From Bacillota bacterium (GTDB taxonomy: Bacteria; Bacillota; Sulfobacillia; Fermentithermobacillales; Fermentithermobacillaceae): a stretch of DNA of 64,000 nucleotides. Below the pieces are notes generated by a model. That model did no database searches and was not told where the DNA came from. It worked only from the letters and a program-made list of their open reading frames with translations. The stretch lies in the NCBI GenBank assembly GCA_040767525.1, contig JAXGOJ010000001.1, positions 20,317-84,316 on the forward strand. The letters run 5' to 3'. Made by a program: the position numbers and the translations under genes. Positions 31,480 to 41,590 of this stretch are shown here, piece by piece (position 1 is the first letter of the stretch; every line of letters starts with the position of its first letter).

Positions 31480-31782
31480 GTGAGAGATATATATCGAAAG
31501 CACAGCCAAGATCGTGTTTTTCGTGAAAACAAAGAAGACATTCTAAAGCGCCTAAGCCGCATAGAAGGCCAAGTTAGAGGTATTGCCAGAATGATTGAGG
31601 AAGATAGGTACTGCGTAGACGTGTTGAATCAAGTGGCTGCCTCCAGAGCTGCTTTGAACAAAGTAGGACTGCTGCTTCTGGAGACTCATGTTCGTGGATG
31701 CGTAGTCCGGGGTATTCAGCACGGAGACCATGAGGCAACAGCAACAGAATTAATGGCGGTCATAAGCAAACTGGCAAAATAG
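31480..31782 (+). CDS. csoR: CsoR-family metal-sensing transcriptional repressor, with a Cu-type C-H-C ligand set
   Basis: ...ILKRLSRIEGQVRGIARMIEEDRYCVDVLNQVAASRAALNKVGLLLLETHVRGCV...; probable GTG start at 31480. Confidence 0.75.
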   Translation: MRDIYRKHSQDRVFRENKEDILKRLSRIEGQVRGIARMIEEDRYCVDVLNQVAASRAALNKVGLLLLETHVRGCVVRGIQHGDHEATATELMAVISKLAK

Positions 31783-31811
31783 AGACTACCAGGGAACTCA
31801 AGGATCAAAAC

Positions 31812-32955
31812 TTACACACTTTGTCCATTGCTTTCAAGCCTGTACCTGTCAATTCGATTTGCAACTATTTCTTTTTCCCTAAACAGCCCTTGCTCATGTA
31901 GTTTGATTGCGGCTGCAGGGGCGGTTGCACTTGTAGGCTCTATGAATATGCCCTGGGAAGCCAGAGTTTTAAGAGCATGAATTATATCTTTGTCAGAAAC
32001 GGTAACGAACAAACCTGGTTTCTTCCGCATGTTTCAGGATCTGTTTGGATTTAACCGGCAGGGCACTGGCAATTCCTTCAGCAATGGTTGTGCCCTTTTG
32101 GACCTGGACCGCTGAATCTAGGCCTTGTTCCCATGCCCTGGCAAGGGGGTCACACTTTTCACTTTGGACACCCACAAGACGCGGCCTTTTTGCTGCACGG
32201 CCTTGCCCGACAAGTTCTTCAATAGCAAGATAAGCCGAGGTAACAAGACTCCCATTACCACACGGGACTATGATAACATCAGGCAATTCATGCCCTAATT
32301 GCTCCCACATCTCGTATACATAGGTTTTTACTCCATGTTCAAAGAAAGGACTCCAGTTATGACTTGCGTAGAACATGCTGCAGCCTGCCTCCATGGCGGC
32401 CAGGGCAGTATCCTCTCTGGAACCCTGGATCTTGATGAGATTAGCGCCATACACACTTATCTGCGCAGTCTTGCCCAGAGAGGTATTAGAAGGCACATAT
32501 ATATCGCAATCAATACCTGCTTTTCCGCAATAGGCGGCCATACTCGACCCGGCATTACCTGATGAATCTTCAACGGCTCTTTCAATACCCCAGGCCTTAA
32601 GTGCCGTAACCAACAGCGAAACACCCCGGTCCTTGTAAGACCCGGTAGGGCTCAAAAAATCGAGTTTCATGTGAAATACCCTTCCATCCAATTCCACTGG
32701 AACAACAGGTGTCATGATTTCACCTATGGAGATGGGACTGGATAAGAGAGGTAGGACTTCTTTGTAACGCCACATCCCTTGTTCTGATGGATCCGGAATG
32801 CAAGGGCTCTTACTCACTATTCCGGTAATTGCGAGAGGGCTGCCACAATCACACTTCCATCGCGGTTCAGCTGTGGGATAAGATTTCCCGCACTCAGAAC
32901 ACTGAAATTCAAATCTGTGAAGGTGCTCATTTGTGAAAAAATTATCTGCAGCCAT
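31812..32955 (-). CDS. thrC: threonine synthase-like PLP-dependent enzyme with an N-terminal zinc ribbon; one frameshift near 32010
   Basis: N-terminal CxxC...CxC ribbon, PLP-lysine region FLSPTGSYKDRG, glycine loop; the C-terminal 72 aa lie in a second frame. Confidence 0.7.
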
Positions 32956-32982
32956 GATAATCTTGCCTCCCTGGGTTTATAC

Positions 32983-34365
32983 TTATTCTCCTGAGGTTGC
33001 GGAAACACGCTTTACAATCACCTTCTCCTTCCATTTTCCAGTCAGGTAGTAGCTAACGCTAAGAGATAGCCCGGCTATCCAGCCTGTCGGTATAGCCCAC
33101 CAGATGCCGTCAGGGCTCATAAGCCTTTTTGACAGAAAATAGGCGGCAGGGACACGTACAATAAGCTGTGAGATCATAGTGAAGGTCATTGTGGTCATTG
33201 TGGCTCCCGCTCCACGCAGTAATCCGTTGGTAACAAACATCGCTGCAAAAGGTATATAAAACAAACTCACAATTGAAAGATATCGCCCTCCAATGGAAAG
33301 CACTTCAGGATCAGTGTTGAAGACGGCAATCAGGGATTCTTTGAAGGTAAGAGCTACTACTGTAAGAGCCAGGGATATTATACAAGCCATAAATAAAGAA
33401 GCTTGGTATCCTTTTCGAACTCTTTCAGGCTTGTTTGCCCCAAGGTTTTGCCCGGTAAAGGCTGACAAGGCAGCTGACAGGTTCATGGCAGGCATCGAAG
33501 CAAAGGAGTCAAGCCTTCCGGCTACAGTATAGGCAGCCAGCGCATCTTTGCCAAAACCATTGACCAGGGACTGAAGAGACAGCATCCCTACTGAGACAAG
33601 AGTTTGCTGTATCCCGGAAGGGAGGCCGATCTTGACACTCAAGCCGAGAGTTTCTCTGTCAAACTGCATGTTTCTAACGTCAATATGGAATATCTCAAAC
33701 CGGCGTTTTAGATGCCACAAGGCAGTCATAAATGAAACACCCTGGGCAATAACAGTTGCCCAGGCAGCCCCTGCTACGCCCCATTCGAACGAAATCACGA
33801 ACAAGAGATCCAGGCCTATATTGACCAGTGTTGATAGGATCAAAAAGTAAAGGGGGGTCTTGGAATCCCCTAATCCTCTCAATATGGCACTTATTGTGTT
33901 GTACCCAAACATCACAATTGACCCCAAAAGTATGATGTTCAAATAGGTCCTGGCTTTAGGAAGCACGTCTTCGGGCACTTTCAAAAAATGCAAAATGCTG
34001 TTTGACAACAAGAGGCCTGCAAGGGTCACGGCCAGGGCGGCGAAGAAAAGGAAAATAAAGGTGGTATCTATGGTCTTCTTTACTCTACCCATGTCTTTGG
34101 CTCCGTAATACTGGGCAATGAGTATTGTAGAGCCCATGCTTATTCCCATGGTCAAGGCGGTTAGAAGGAAAACAATAGGGAAACTGGCTCCAACAGCTGC
34201 CAGGGCTTCCTTACCCAGGTGCCGGCCAACTACCATACTGTCTACTGTGTTATATAGTTGCTGGAAAATATTGCCGAGAAGCATGGGTAAAGAAAACATA
34301 AGAATAACTCTTGCCTCGTTTCCTGAAGTCAGGTCCTTCATTTGTTCAACTCCCAGAGAATTCAT
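32983..34365 (-). CDS. MATE-family multidrug/oligosaccharide efflux transporter
   Basis: Twelve predicted transmembrane helices with a MATE N-terminal signature (LPMLLGNIFQQLYNTVDSMVVGRHLG). Confidence 0.85.
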   Translation of the reverse strand: MNSLGVEQMKDLTSGNEARVILMFSLPMLLGNIFQQLYNTVDSMVVGRHLGKEALAAVGASFPIVFLLTALTMGISMGSTILIAQYYGAKDMGRVKKTIDTTFIFLFFAALAVTLAGLLLSNSILHFLKVPEDVLPKARTYLNIILLGSIVMFGYNTISAILRGLGDSKTPLYFLILSTLVNIGLDLLFVISFEWGVAGAAWATVIAQGVSFMTALWHLKRRFEIFHIDVRNMQFDRETLGLSVKIGLPSGIQQTLVSVGMLSLQSLVNGFGKDALAAYTVAGRLDSFASMPAMNLSAALSAFTGQNLGANKPERVRKGYQASLFMACIISLALTVVALTFKESLIAVFNTDPEVLSIGGRYLSIVSLFYIPFAAMFVTNGLLRGAGATMTTMTFTMISQLIVRVPAAYFLSKRLMSPDGIWWAIPTGWIAGLSLSVSYYLTGKWKEKVIVKRVSATSGE

Positions 34366-34459
34366 TCTTGCTAGATGTTAAGCGCTCATAACACGCGGCA
34401 GTATGGATTTTAGCGCAAGTTAGCGTTAAGGGCAATTCTGCTTCAAAATGCAGTTAAAC

Positions 34460-35260
34460 TTAAGAACCATTCCTCCGGCAGATAAAAACCATCTCAGTTG
34501 ATTCAGGAGTTATTGGGGTATCTTCAAGCAAAGAACCTTGCTCATGTAAGATCTCAAAACCGGATAGCCTCAGGAACATCCGTAATTCTCTTGGGAAAAA
34601 GTAGGCCATGGTGCCGTGGCAAGAAGCTTTTCTGAGCAAAGCCCCTGTATCATCATATTCTTCAATAGTAATCGAATCATGCTCCAGCTGGTTTACGAAA
34701 TCGTAGGTGCTTTTAAACCTGTCGACAATTCTCGTTCCTGTAAGGGGATGCTCAAACTCAAAAACTCTTTCCCTCCCGTTTACGAGAACCATGTACTGAA
34801 TGTCGGGAATACTGTTATCCAGAATAAATATACCGGATTCTTTCAGATGGTTCCGGGCACAGGTGAGAGCTTTTTTGAGCCTTGTGGGTTCAAAAAGGTG
34901 ATTAATCACATTGCACGGAGCAATCACCAGGTCAAACAGCTTTTCAAAGCAAAACTCAGTGATGTCTTTCCTTGCAATGGCTACCCTTGATTTGGTTGCT
35001 TCATCTTCCAGGTCAAGCTTGGTTTTGCACCTGCAAATCATGTCATGTGATAAATCTATACCTGTTACAGTAAAGCCGGCTCTTGCCAGAGGAATCAAGA
35101 TGCGCCCTGTACCCGAACCGAGTTCCAAAATATCAGGCCCGTACTTATGGCCAAACTCTATATAGGCCCCCACGTCAGACAGCCCTGAATGAATAATGTC
35201 ATAAAACTCGGCAAAAAATCCACTGTACTGGGAGACTTCACTATGTTTCATCATCTTCAC
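34460..35260 (-). CDS. class I SAM-dependent methyltransferase
   Basis: Motif I ILELGSGTGR. Confidence 0.75.
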   Translation of the reverse strand: MKMMKHSEVSQYSGFFAEFYDIIHSGLSDVGAYIEFGHKYGPDILELGSGTGRILIPLARAGFTVTGIDLSHDMICRCKTKLDLEDEATKSRVAIARKDITEFCFEKLFDLVIAPCNVINHLFEPTRLKKALTCARNHLKESGIFILDNSIPDIQYMVLVNGRERVFEFEHPLTGTRIVDRFKSTYDFVNQLEHDSITIEEYDDTGALLRKASCHGTMAYFFPRELRMFLRLSGFEILHEQGSLLEDTPITPESTEMVFICRRNGS

Positions 35261-35364
35261 CTCAAAGGCCGGGCCTTGGTTTACTGTTTGCAGCCCCTTG
35301 ATTTCCCGGGTTAGTATGTGTAGCCCTTATAGAAATTCGGACATAGCCATATACTGAGCCAATT

Positions 35365-36012
35365 TTAAGCCAGTATGTCCTGAACAGGTTGAAAAGACCG
35401 CCTGTGGATAGGGCTCGGGCCTTTCTCATTGAGAAGAACCATGTGTTGTTTGGTGCAATAGCCTTTGTGGGCGGAAAACCCATACCCCGGGTACAGTTCT
35501 TCAAATTCCATCATAATCCGGTCTCTTACGACTTTGGCAATGATTGAAGCGCAGGCTACAGACGCTACTTTACTATCGCCCTTTATGACGGCCTCTTGCC
35601 GTATATCCAGGCCGGGTATAGAGAAACCATCTACCACTACAAGGCCGGGTTCATATCCTTTTAGAACCAGCATCTTTACGGCAGTCTTCATCGCCGAATA
35701 AGTTGCCTGGACTATTCCTGCTTCATCGACAAACCTTGCTGATCTGATTCCGATACCAAATGCAAGGCTGTTTGCGGTAATTGAGTCAAAAATCCGTTCA
35801 CGTATCCTGGGAGTAAGTTTCTTGCTGTCATTTATGTAAGGAATCTCAGGCCTGGGAGGCAAAATCACAGCAGCAGCCACCACAGGGCCGGCCATGGGCC
35901 CTCTTCCTGCTTCGTCTACTCCTGCTATGTATTGTGCTTCTGAGCGCCTGGCCTCTTCCCATTCGTACAATTTCCGTACTCTGAGATGATCCTCTGCACT
36001 TTGTTTCATCAG
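35365..36012 (-). CDS. rnhB: ribonuclease HII
   Basis: GVDEAGRGPMAGPVVAAAV...DSKKLT...VVDG... are RNase HII catalytic motifs. Confidence 0.85.
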   Translation of the reverse strand: MMKQSAEDHLRVRKLYEWEEARRSEAQYIAGVDEAGRGPMAGPVVAAAVILPPRPEIPYINDSKKLTPRIRERIFDSITANSLAFGIGIRSARFVDEAGIVQATYSAMKTAVKMLVLKGYEPGLVVVDGFSIPGLDIRQEAVIKGDSKVASVACASIIAKVVRDRIMMEFEELYPGYGFSAHKGYCTKQHMVLLNEKGPSPIHRRSFQPVQDILA

Positions 36013-36114
36013 GCCCACCTCGCTGTATTTCTTGTACAGAATACCACAGTTAGCCACGGCTCTGCTATCTTTGCCGTAGCGGTTGGTTTGACCGGTGTTT
36101 TGTACCGGCAAAAG

Positions 36115-37413
36115 TTACCTTGGCGAAGGGGGGCTAAATGTGAATCCGGAGGTAAGTACGGATATCCTGACGTCGTAACCGGCCCTTACACCCTTAAACT
36201 TGGAAGGCCAGTCAAACTCATCCCATTCCTGCAGAGTCTTGAAATGCTTTCGAACAGTCATGCCCAGGTCTGTAACGTCTGAGTCGAATGCTTGCAGTCT
36301 TGACCACGATCTGGTTAAGAGGGATTCCATTTCTCTTTCAGCAGTGCGAACCACTTTTTCATGGTATTCAGGAGACACGTCGAGTTCTCTGGCTGTGGTT
36401 TCTTCAACTGAGGCTGTGAACCTGATGGCGAAAACTACATCTGCCTGCTTACTAGTTCTTACAGAGGTGGACAAGTGGTGAAAGGCCAACGTGGTATGTT
36501 TGTCTGGTTGGTTTGGCATGGCAATTTCCATGTAACCTCTTTTAAAATCACCTCTTAGTATGTTGACCCCCATGGTTTCCCTGGTATCAAGAACCCCAAC
36601 CATTTTGATCTCAGAACCTGTTTTCTTGAACACCGCCGCGCCGAGAATAGTCACTATGGTTGTATCTTGCTTTTCTGACGAAGTGCCGTCTTTGCTCTTT
36701 TGGTTTGAACTACAGTATTCACTGACATCCTTCTCATCTGCCGGGGAGGTGGAAGCCAACGCGAAATATGGTGCCCAGGGCTCAAGTTCAGAGGTATCAT
36801 AAGCTATGAGAAAATCGTGTACAGAAATCAACGGGCAAATGCCCAACTCTAAATTGCAGCTTAGCAGGAGCTTTACCAAATACTCAGAAGGCTCAGCCTC
36901 TTCAGGCGATTTAAATTCCCTGATAAACTCGACGGCTCTGCCTCTTGATACAGTGACCAATGTATTATGCCTGAACTCAAGGTTCCGGGAAAATACATCA
37001 AGAATCACCCCGGCATCCTTCCTGGCAATGTCTTCACCGATTATCACCAGTTGGGTATGGGCTGTTGTAGCCAGCCTGGAAGTCATTGTGGTTACTTGTG
37101 TAAGCGCGTCCAAGAAAGTATTGCCTTCTGCAGAGAGGATAAGGGTGGCCTGAGTGTCTTCGCCGCCTCCTCCGCCGCCGCCCATACCGCCTCGTAAGGC
37201 CTTGCTGGGTAAAGCGATAACAGTTGTAACCAGCAAGGGTTTGAATTCACCTTTGTCTACTCCGACTATTGTTGCTATGGACATATCTTCCAATTCCCGC
37301 CGGCCGTAGCAACCGGAAGTATGCAGGGGCAAAATGATAAGAGAGACAAGAACCAAAAACAAAAACGCTCCTGGCTTCTTGAAAAGTGTAGTTGTAAGCG
37401 GGCCTGTCACCAT
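36115..37413 (-). CDS. gerAC: spore germination receptor C subunit (Ger(x)C lipoprotein)
   Basis: Lipobox ...TSGCYG followed by a GerAC-family body. It is the last gene of an A-B-C operon. Confidence 0.75.
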   Translation of the reverse strand: MVTGPLTTTLFKKPGAFLFLVLVSLIILPLHTSGCYGRRELEDMSIATIVGVDKGEFKPLLVTTVIALPSKALRGGMGGGGGGGEDTQATLILSAEGNTFLDALTQVTTMTSRLATTAHTQLVIIGEDIARKDAGVILDVFSRNLEFRHNTLVTVSRGRAVEFIREFKSPEEAEPSEYLVKLLLSCNLELGICPLISVHDFLIAYDTSELEPWAPYFALASTSPADEKDVSEYCSSNQKSKDGTSSEKQDTTIVTILGAAVFKKTGSEIKMVGVLDTRETMGVNILRGDFKRGYMEIAMPNQPDKHTTLAFHHLSTSVRTSKQADVVFAIRFTASVEETTARELDVSPEYHEKVVRTAEREMESLLTRSWSRLQAFDSDVTDLGMTVRKHFKTLQEWDEFDWPSKFKGVRAGYDVRISVLTSGFTFSPPSPR

Positions 37414-37428
37414 ATTCTTTATGCTCCT

Positions 37429-38652
37429 TTAGCCTTGATCCTCTCTTGAGATTTCTGCAAGGTGATCTTGCTTGTTTTGGTTAACAAGTACCCGGGATAT
37501 CTCTTGTGCTTTCTCGCTTACGTTTGTGGCCCTGGCTACCCCGTACAGAAGCAGGCCAAGGGCTACCTGAGCGGTACCCGCGGTGACGTACGTGTTTACC
37601 AGAAGCAGGCTTGCATCCAGAATTGATTGAGGCAAAGCTGCGATGCCAAAAGTCAAAGAAGCTACTCCTGGAACCAACGGCCTGTAGGTCCATGTATTCA
37701 TAAGCTGGCACAGCAAAATGAGGGTTATCATATAGCACACGCTTGCATGGACGGCAGAGGCGAAAAACCATGTAAATGTGAATAAGGCTTCTATTCTCTG
37801 GAGAAAGCGGCCCAGATAAACAGCCCTTGCCACTGTGCCCAGAGGGATAACCTGCCTGGTGCTTACAGGGTATGGAAACACCGCAGACACCAAGACTACA
37901 GATCCTACCATAAAGATAGAAGCTATAACCAGGCCGCGATATGCACACCTGGGAAGGTTATCCGGTTCCCGTATATATGATTTGAGAACAGCAGTAACGG
38001 AGATTGCTCCGAATAATCCGGTATGGGGCAACGATTCCCGTAGCAACACAGGCATTCCCATACCCAGTACCGGGTATAGATGGCGGAGATCAAAGAGCCT
38101 GTAAGAGCCCACTGCTACCAGGATTATTGACACTGCAACTACGGGGAAGAAGAATACCGCGGCCCGCCCTACTGATTCAAGGCCTAACCAGGCTGAATAT
38201 ATGGCTGCACCTATTATTACAAAAATCAGTATTTCTATAGGGAACTCGGGAAGCAAGCCAATGACTGCTCCTCCTGCAAACACCCTTACACTTAACCCTG
38301 TTATGGTAAGAAAATACAGCGCTATGATCAATGCCACTGTGTCACCAAGAACTCTGCCTAACGTTAACCTCAGTGACGGCACGATGCCCAAATTACCGGT
38401 GGTTTTTGACCATTTGAGCCATCCCCACAAGCCTGCCGAAGCAAGGAGGGCCGAAAGGATAATAGTGATCCATGCACCGGGGCCAACTTTTGCAATAATG
38501 AACGAAGGGAGGATCAAAAACACCTTGGTCCAAAGCAAGAATCCCAGCATTAAAGACACCTGATTTGATTCAAGGTGCCCTAGTTTCACTACGTCAAATT
38601 GGGCCGCCATTGACGGGTTTGCAAGTTGTTTTGCCTGATTGACCGAGTTCAT
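37429..38652 (-). CDS. gerAB: spore germination receptor B subunit (GerAB/APC-like permease)
   Basis: About ten transmembrane helices, Spore_permease family. Confidence 0.75.
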   Translation of the reverse strand: MNSVNQAKQLANPSMAAQFDVVKLGHLESNQVSLMLGFLLWTKVFLILPSFIIAKVGPGAWITIILSALLASAGLWGWLKWSKTTGNLGIVPSLRLTLGRVLGDTVALIIALYFLTITGLSVRVFAGGAVIGLLPEFPIEILIFVIIGAAIYSAWLGLESVGRAAVFFFPVVAVSIILVAVGSYRLFDLRHLYPVLGMGMPVLLRESLPHTGLFGAISVTAVLKSYIREPDNLPRCAYRGLVIASIFMVGSVVLVSAVFPYPVSTRQVIPLGTVARAVYLGRFLQRIEALFTFTWFFASAVHASVCYMITLILLCQLMNTWTYRPLVPGVASLTFGIAALPQSILDASLLLVNTYVTAGTAQVALGLLLYGVARATNVSEKAQEISRVLVNQNKQDHLAEISREDQG

Positions 38653-40394
38653 TTCTGCCGGCCTCCACTTCCGGGAATAGTCGGTTCGTTAGGGGTATCA
38701 CCGAGATCCCACTGCCTGGAAGTATCAGGCTGCCTTCTGGGGTCTTTGGTCCTTAAAAAGCTGGGCCTGTATTCCATAGCCCAGGAGGGGCCTATTGTAA
38801 AAGTATCCGGTGACGACGGCTGTTTTGGAACCACAGGAGCGAAGAAAGGGATACCCAGGCTGGTTAAGGCAAACAGCCTGCAAAACAGCATGTACAATAC
38901 AACCACTATTCCAAAAAGCCCCAGCAAAGATCCGGCAATGATGAAAATGAACGTGGCTACACGTATGAGCATTCCTACTTCCTGGTTTGGAATCGTGAAG
39001 GAAGCCACTCCTGTTATGGCTATTACAATTACCATTATCGGACTTACCAAAGACGCGGATACAGCTGCTTCGCCTACAAGGAGGGCACCTACAATGCCTA
39101 TGGTGGCACCAAAAGGAGAGGGTATTCGTATTCCGGCTTCTCTTATGAGTTCAAACCCGAAAAACATGAACAAGACTTCAAAAGGAAGGGGGAAAGGAAC
39201 CATTTCCCTTGCCGCCGCAACGGAAAACAGCAGCACAGTAGGGATCATCTCTGGGTGATAGCTGGTTATTGCAACATAGAGCCCGGGAAGGAGTACCGCA
39301 AGAAAAAGGGCGAATACCCGGGTAAGCCTCAAAACATTTCCATAAGGCCATCGCACATAATAGTCCTCAGGGCTATGGATAAAGGCAAAGAAGGTTACAG
39401 GTGCCAGCAAAACAAAAGGATCTCCCGAGACCATGATTGCCAAAGCGCCTTCAAGGATGAAATGAGCGGCTCTATCCGGCCGTTCAGTACTGACTACAGT
39501 AGGGACCAGACTATGGGTGGTCTCGATCAACTGCTCCAACTGCCCGCTGGTCAAAACCGCATCAACCTCGATAGAAGCAATCCTCCGTCTAACCTCGGCC
39601 ACCAGTTTTTCGTTGGTAATACTCGCCATATAGGCAATAGCGCATTGGGTTTTGGACTCTCGCCCTACTTCGATTCCTTCTATTACCAGATCAGGACTCC
39701 GGATCATTGAACGCACCAGGGCAGTATTTATCCTTAGCACTTCGACAAAACCTTGCTGGGGCCCCCGCACAATCCTTTCACTTATTGCTTCTTGGACTGT
39801 TCTGTGCTCCCAGCCTTTGGTTTCAACTGTTAAGGACCTGTCCTGCCCGTCCACCAATACAACTGTATCACCTGAAATAATGGCTTCGACAGATTCTTCT
39901 ATTGTGTTTTTCACTTCCACCTGGCCACTTGCCAATAAAGCGTTCTTGATCTGAATAATCGGGTCCCGTTCATCCATGGCTCGTATTGATGAAAGTAACA
40001 TCAAAGGTTGAAGCACCGACATGAAGACTTTATCGGAACTGGAGAGGCCTTCAATATAGGTTGCGATCACACGGATCCTGGGATTGGCACAGGTTAGTTC
40101 CCTTATTACCACATCAGAAGAATCAGGAACATGGAAAATTCTATTCAACTCCTCTACATTTGAGTCAAGGTCCTTGGACCACGGCCTGCCCCGGCCTTTT
40201 TGCCCCGGTTCACGTACCTCTCTACCCGGCATAAAGCGTTCCCCCAGGGAGAAGTTGACTCGCTCTGAACGTCCCCTGGCAGGGACAAAGAGATCCTTGA
40301 CCCTTTTCCATGGTTTTGGGATTCTCAAAACGTCATTCACCTCATTCTTGCAAGTCCAGCACCGGCTCTCAATTCGATGATTCCCGCCTGTCAT
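38649..40394 (-). CDS. gerAA: spore germination receptor A subunit (GerAA family)
   Basis: 581 aa with a GerA N-terminal soluble domain and C-terminal transmembrane helices. The operon order is gerAA-gerAB-gerAC. Confidence 0.8.
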   Translation of the reverse strand: MTGGNHRIESRCWTCKNEVNDVLRIPKPWKRVKDLFVPARGRSERVNFSLGERFMPGREVREPGQKGRGRPWSKDLDSNVEELNRIFHVPDSSDVVIRELTCANPRIRVIATYIEGLSSSDKVFMSVLQPLMLLSSIRAMDERDPIIQIKNALLASGQVEVKNTIEESVEAIISGDTVVLVDGQDRSLTVETKGWEHRTVQEAISERIVRGPQQGFVEVLRINTALVRSMIRSPDLVIEGIEVGRESKTQCAIAYMASITNEKLVAEVRRRIASIEVDAVLTSGQLEQLIETTHSLVPTVVSTERPDRAAHFILEGALAIMVSGDPFVLLAPVTFFAFIHSPEDYYVRWPYGNVLRLTRVFALFLAVLLPGLYVAITSYHPEMIPTVLLFSVAAAREMVPFPLPFEVLFMFFGFELIREAGIRIPSPFGATIGIVGALLVGEAAVSASLVSPIMVIVIAITGVASFTIPNQEVGMLIRVATFIFIIAGSLLGLFGIVVVLYMLFCRLFALTSLGIPFFAPVVPKQPSSPDTFTIGPSWAMEYRPSFLRTKDPRRQPDTSRQWDLGDTPNEPTIPGSGGRQK

Positions 40395-40510
40395 CTCTCT
40401 TATGAATCTTTTTCTATAAGGTTCTTTTTTCCATCAAAATATGCTATTGTTTTTAGAGGGTTGGTATATTTTACCTTTGATATCAAACATTGTCATAACA
40501 CAGTTGGGGG

Positions 40511-41590
40511 ATGTGTGGCTTCTTGAATGAATCTTTGGTGAAATTGGCATTTCATCTGGATAAGTGTCGCAAAAAGGCCGGACAGGGTATGGGTCTCAAC
40601 TGGCCAAAAGGCCAAAAGAACTTTCCTGAAGAAAGCCTGATCATGCAAGCCGAATCTGTAACAAACCTTTGTACGGGGCTTGGAATAAAGATTATCACCC
40701 TGGATGAACCTGAATACCCGGAAAACTTAAGGAAAGTGCCTGATTGCCCTGAAGTGCTTTTCGTAAAAGGGGCCTTACTCCCAAGGGATAAGATGGCAGT
40801 TGCAGTAGTGGGTACAAGAAAACCGTCTGCACTTGGCAGGGCCGTTGTTCAGGAAATAGCAGGGGATCTGGCCAGGGTTGGAATCACAGTGATTTCAGGC
40901 CTGGCATATGGAATTGATGCAACTGCTCATCAAGCAGCCCTTTCCGCTAGCGGAAGGACTATTGCCTGCCTCGGCCAGGGCGTGGACCTGGTTTATCCCA
41001 AGGCCAATCGGGGGCTTTATGATAGTATTCCTAAGTACGGTGCCTTGCTATCTGAGTATTTACCCGGCACTCAGCCGAGGCCATGGCACTTTCCTGAAAG
41101 AAACAGATTGATTTCAGGTATGTCACTGGGTGTCCTGGTAATAGAAGCCGGAGAGAAATCCGGTGCTCTTATTACAGCTGATTGGGCTCTTAAGCACGGA
41201 CGCCCGGTCATGGCTGTACCCGGCAGCATTAAATCGAAAGTATGCCAGGGCTCAAACCGTTTGATACAAGAAGGCGCATATCTGGTAACATGCGCTGAAG
41301 ATGTGCTATCCTTTCTCAGAAAAGAAAACGAGTATTTACCGGAGGGCATATCTGAGGAAACAAAGTCTTTGTCCCTTGAAGAATCTTTGATACTCAGGTG
41401 CCTGGAGCAATGGGAATCTGTTGACGAGATCTGTGATAATGTGAATTACATCCCTGTATTCAAAGTGATTTCTATCCTATCATCACTGGAGTTAAAGGGA
41501 ATGGTGAAGTCGCTGCCCGGTGGCAAATACATAATGACAACTGCAGGGTACAAGTTAAGTGGCAAGAAGAAGGTGGGAGATTTAGAATGA
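40511..41590 (+). CDS. dprA: DNA-processing protein DprA (Smf)
   Basis: Rossmann-like DprA core (VVGTRKPS..G...ISGLAYGIDA.AH.AAL) and a C-terminal winged helix. Confidence 0.85.
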   Translation: MCGFLNESLVKLAFHLDKCRKKAGQGMGLNWPKGQKNFPEESLIMQAESVTNLCTGLGIKIITLDEPEYPENLRKVPDCPEVLFVKGALLPRDKMAVAVVGTRKPSALGRAVVQEIAGDLARVGITVISGLAYGIDATAHQAALSASGRTIACLGQGVDLVYPKANRGLYDSIPKYGALLSEYLPGTQPRPWHFPERNRLISGMSLGVLVIEAGEKSGALITADWALKHGRPVMAVPGSIKSKVCQGSNRLIQEGAYLVTCAEDVLSFLRKENEYLPEGISEETKSLSLEESLILRCLEQWESVDEICDNVNYIPVFKVISILSSLELKGMVKSLPGGKYIMTTAGYKLSGKKKVGDLE

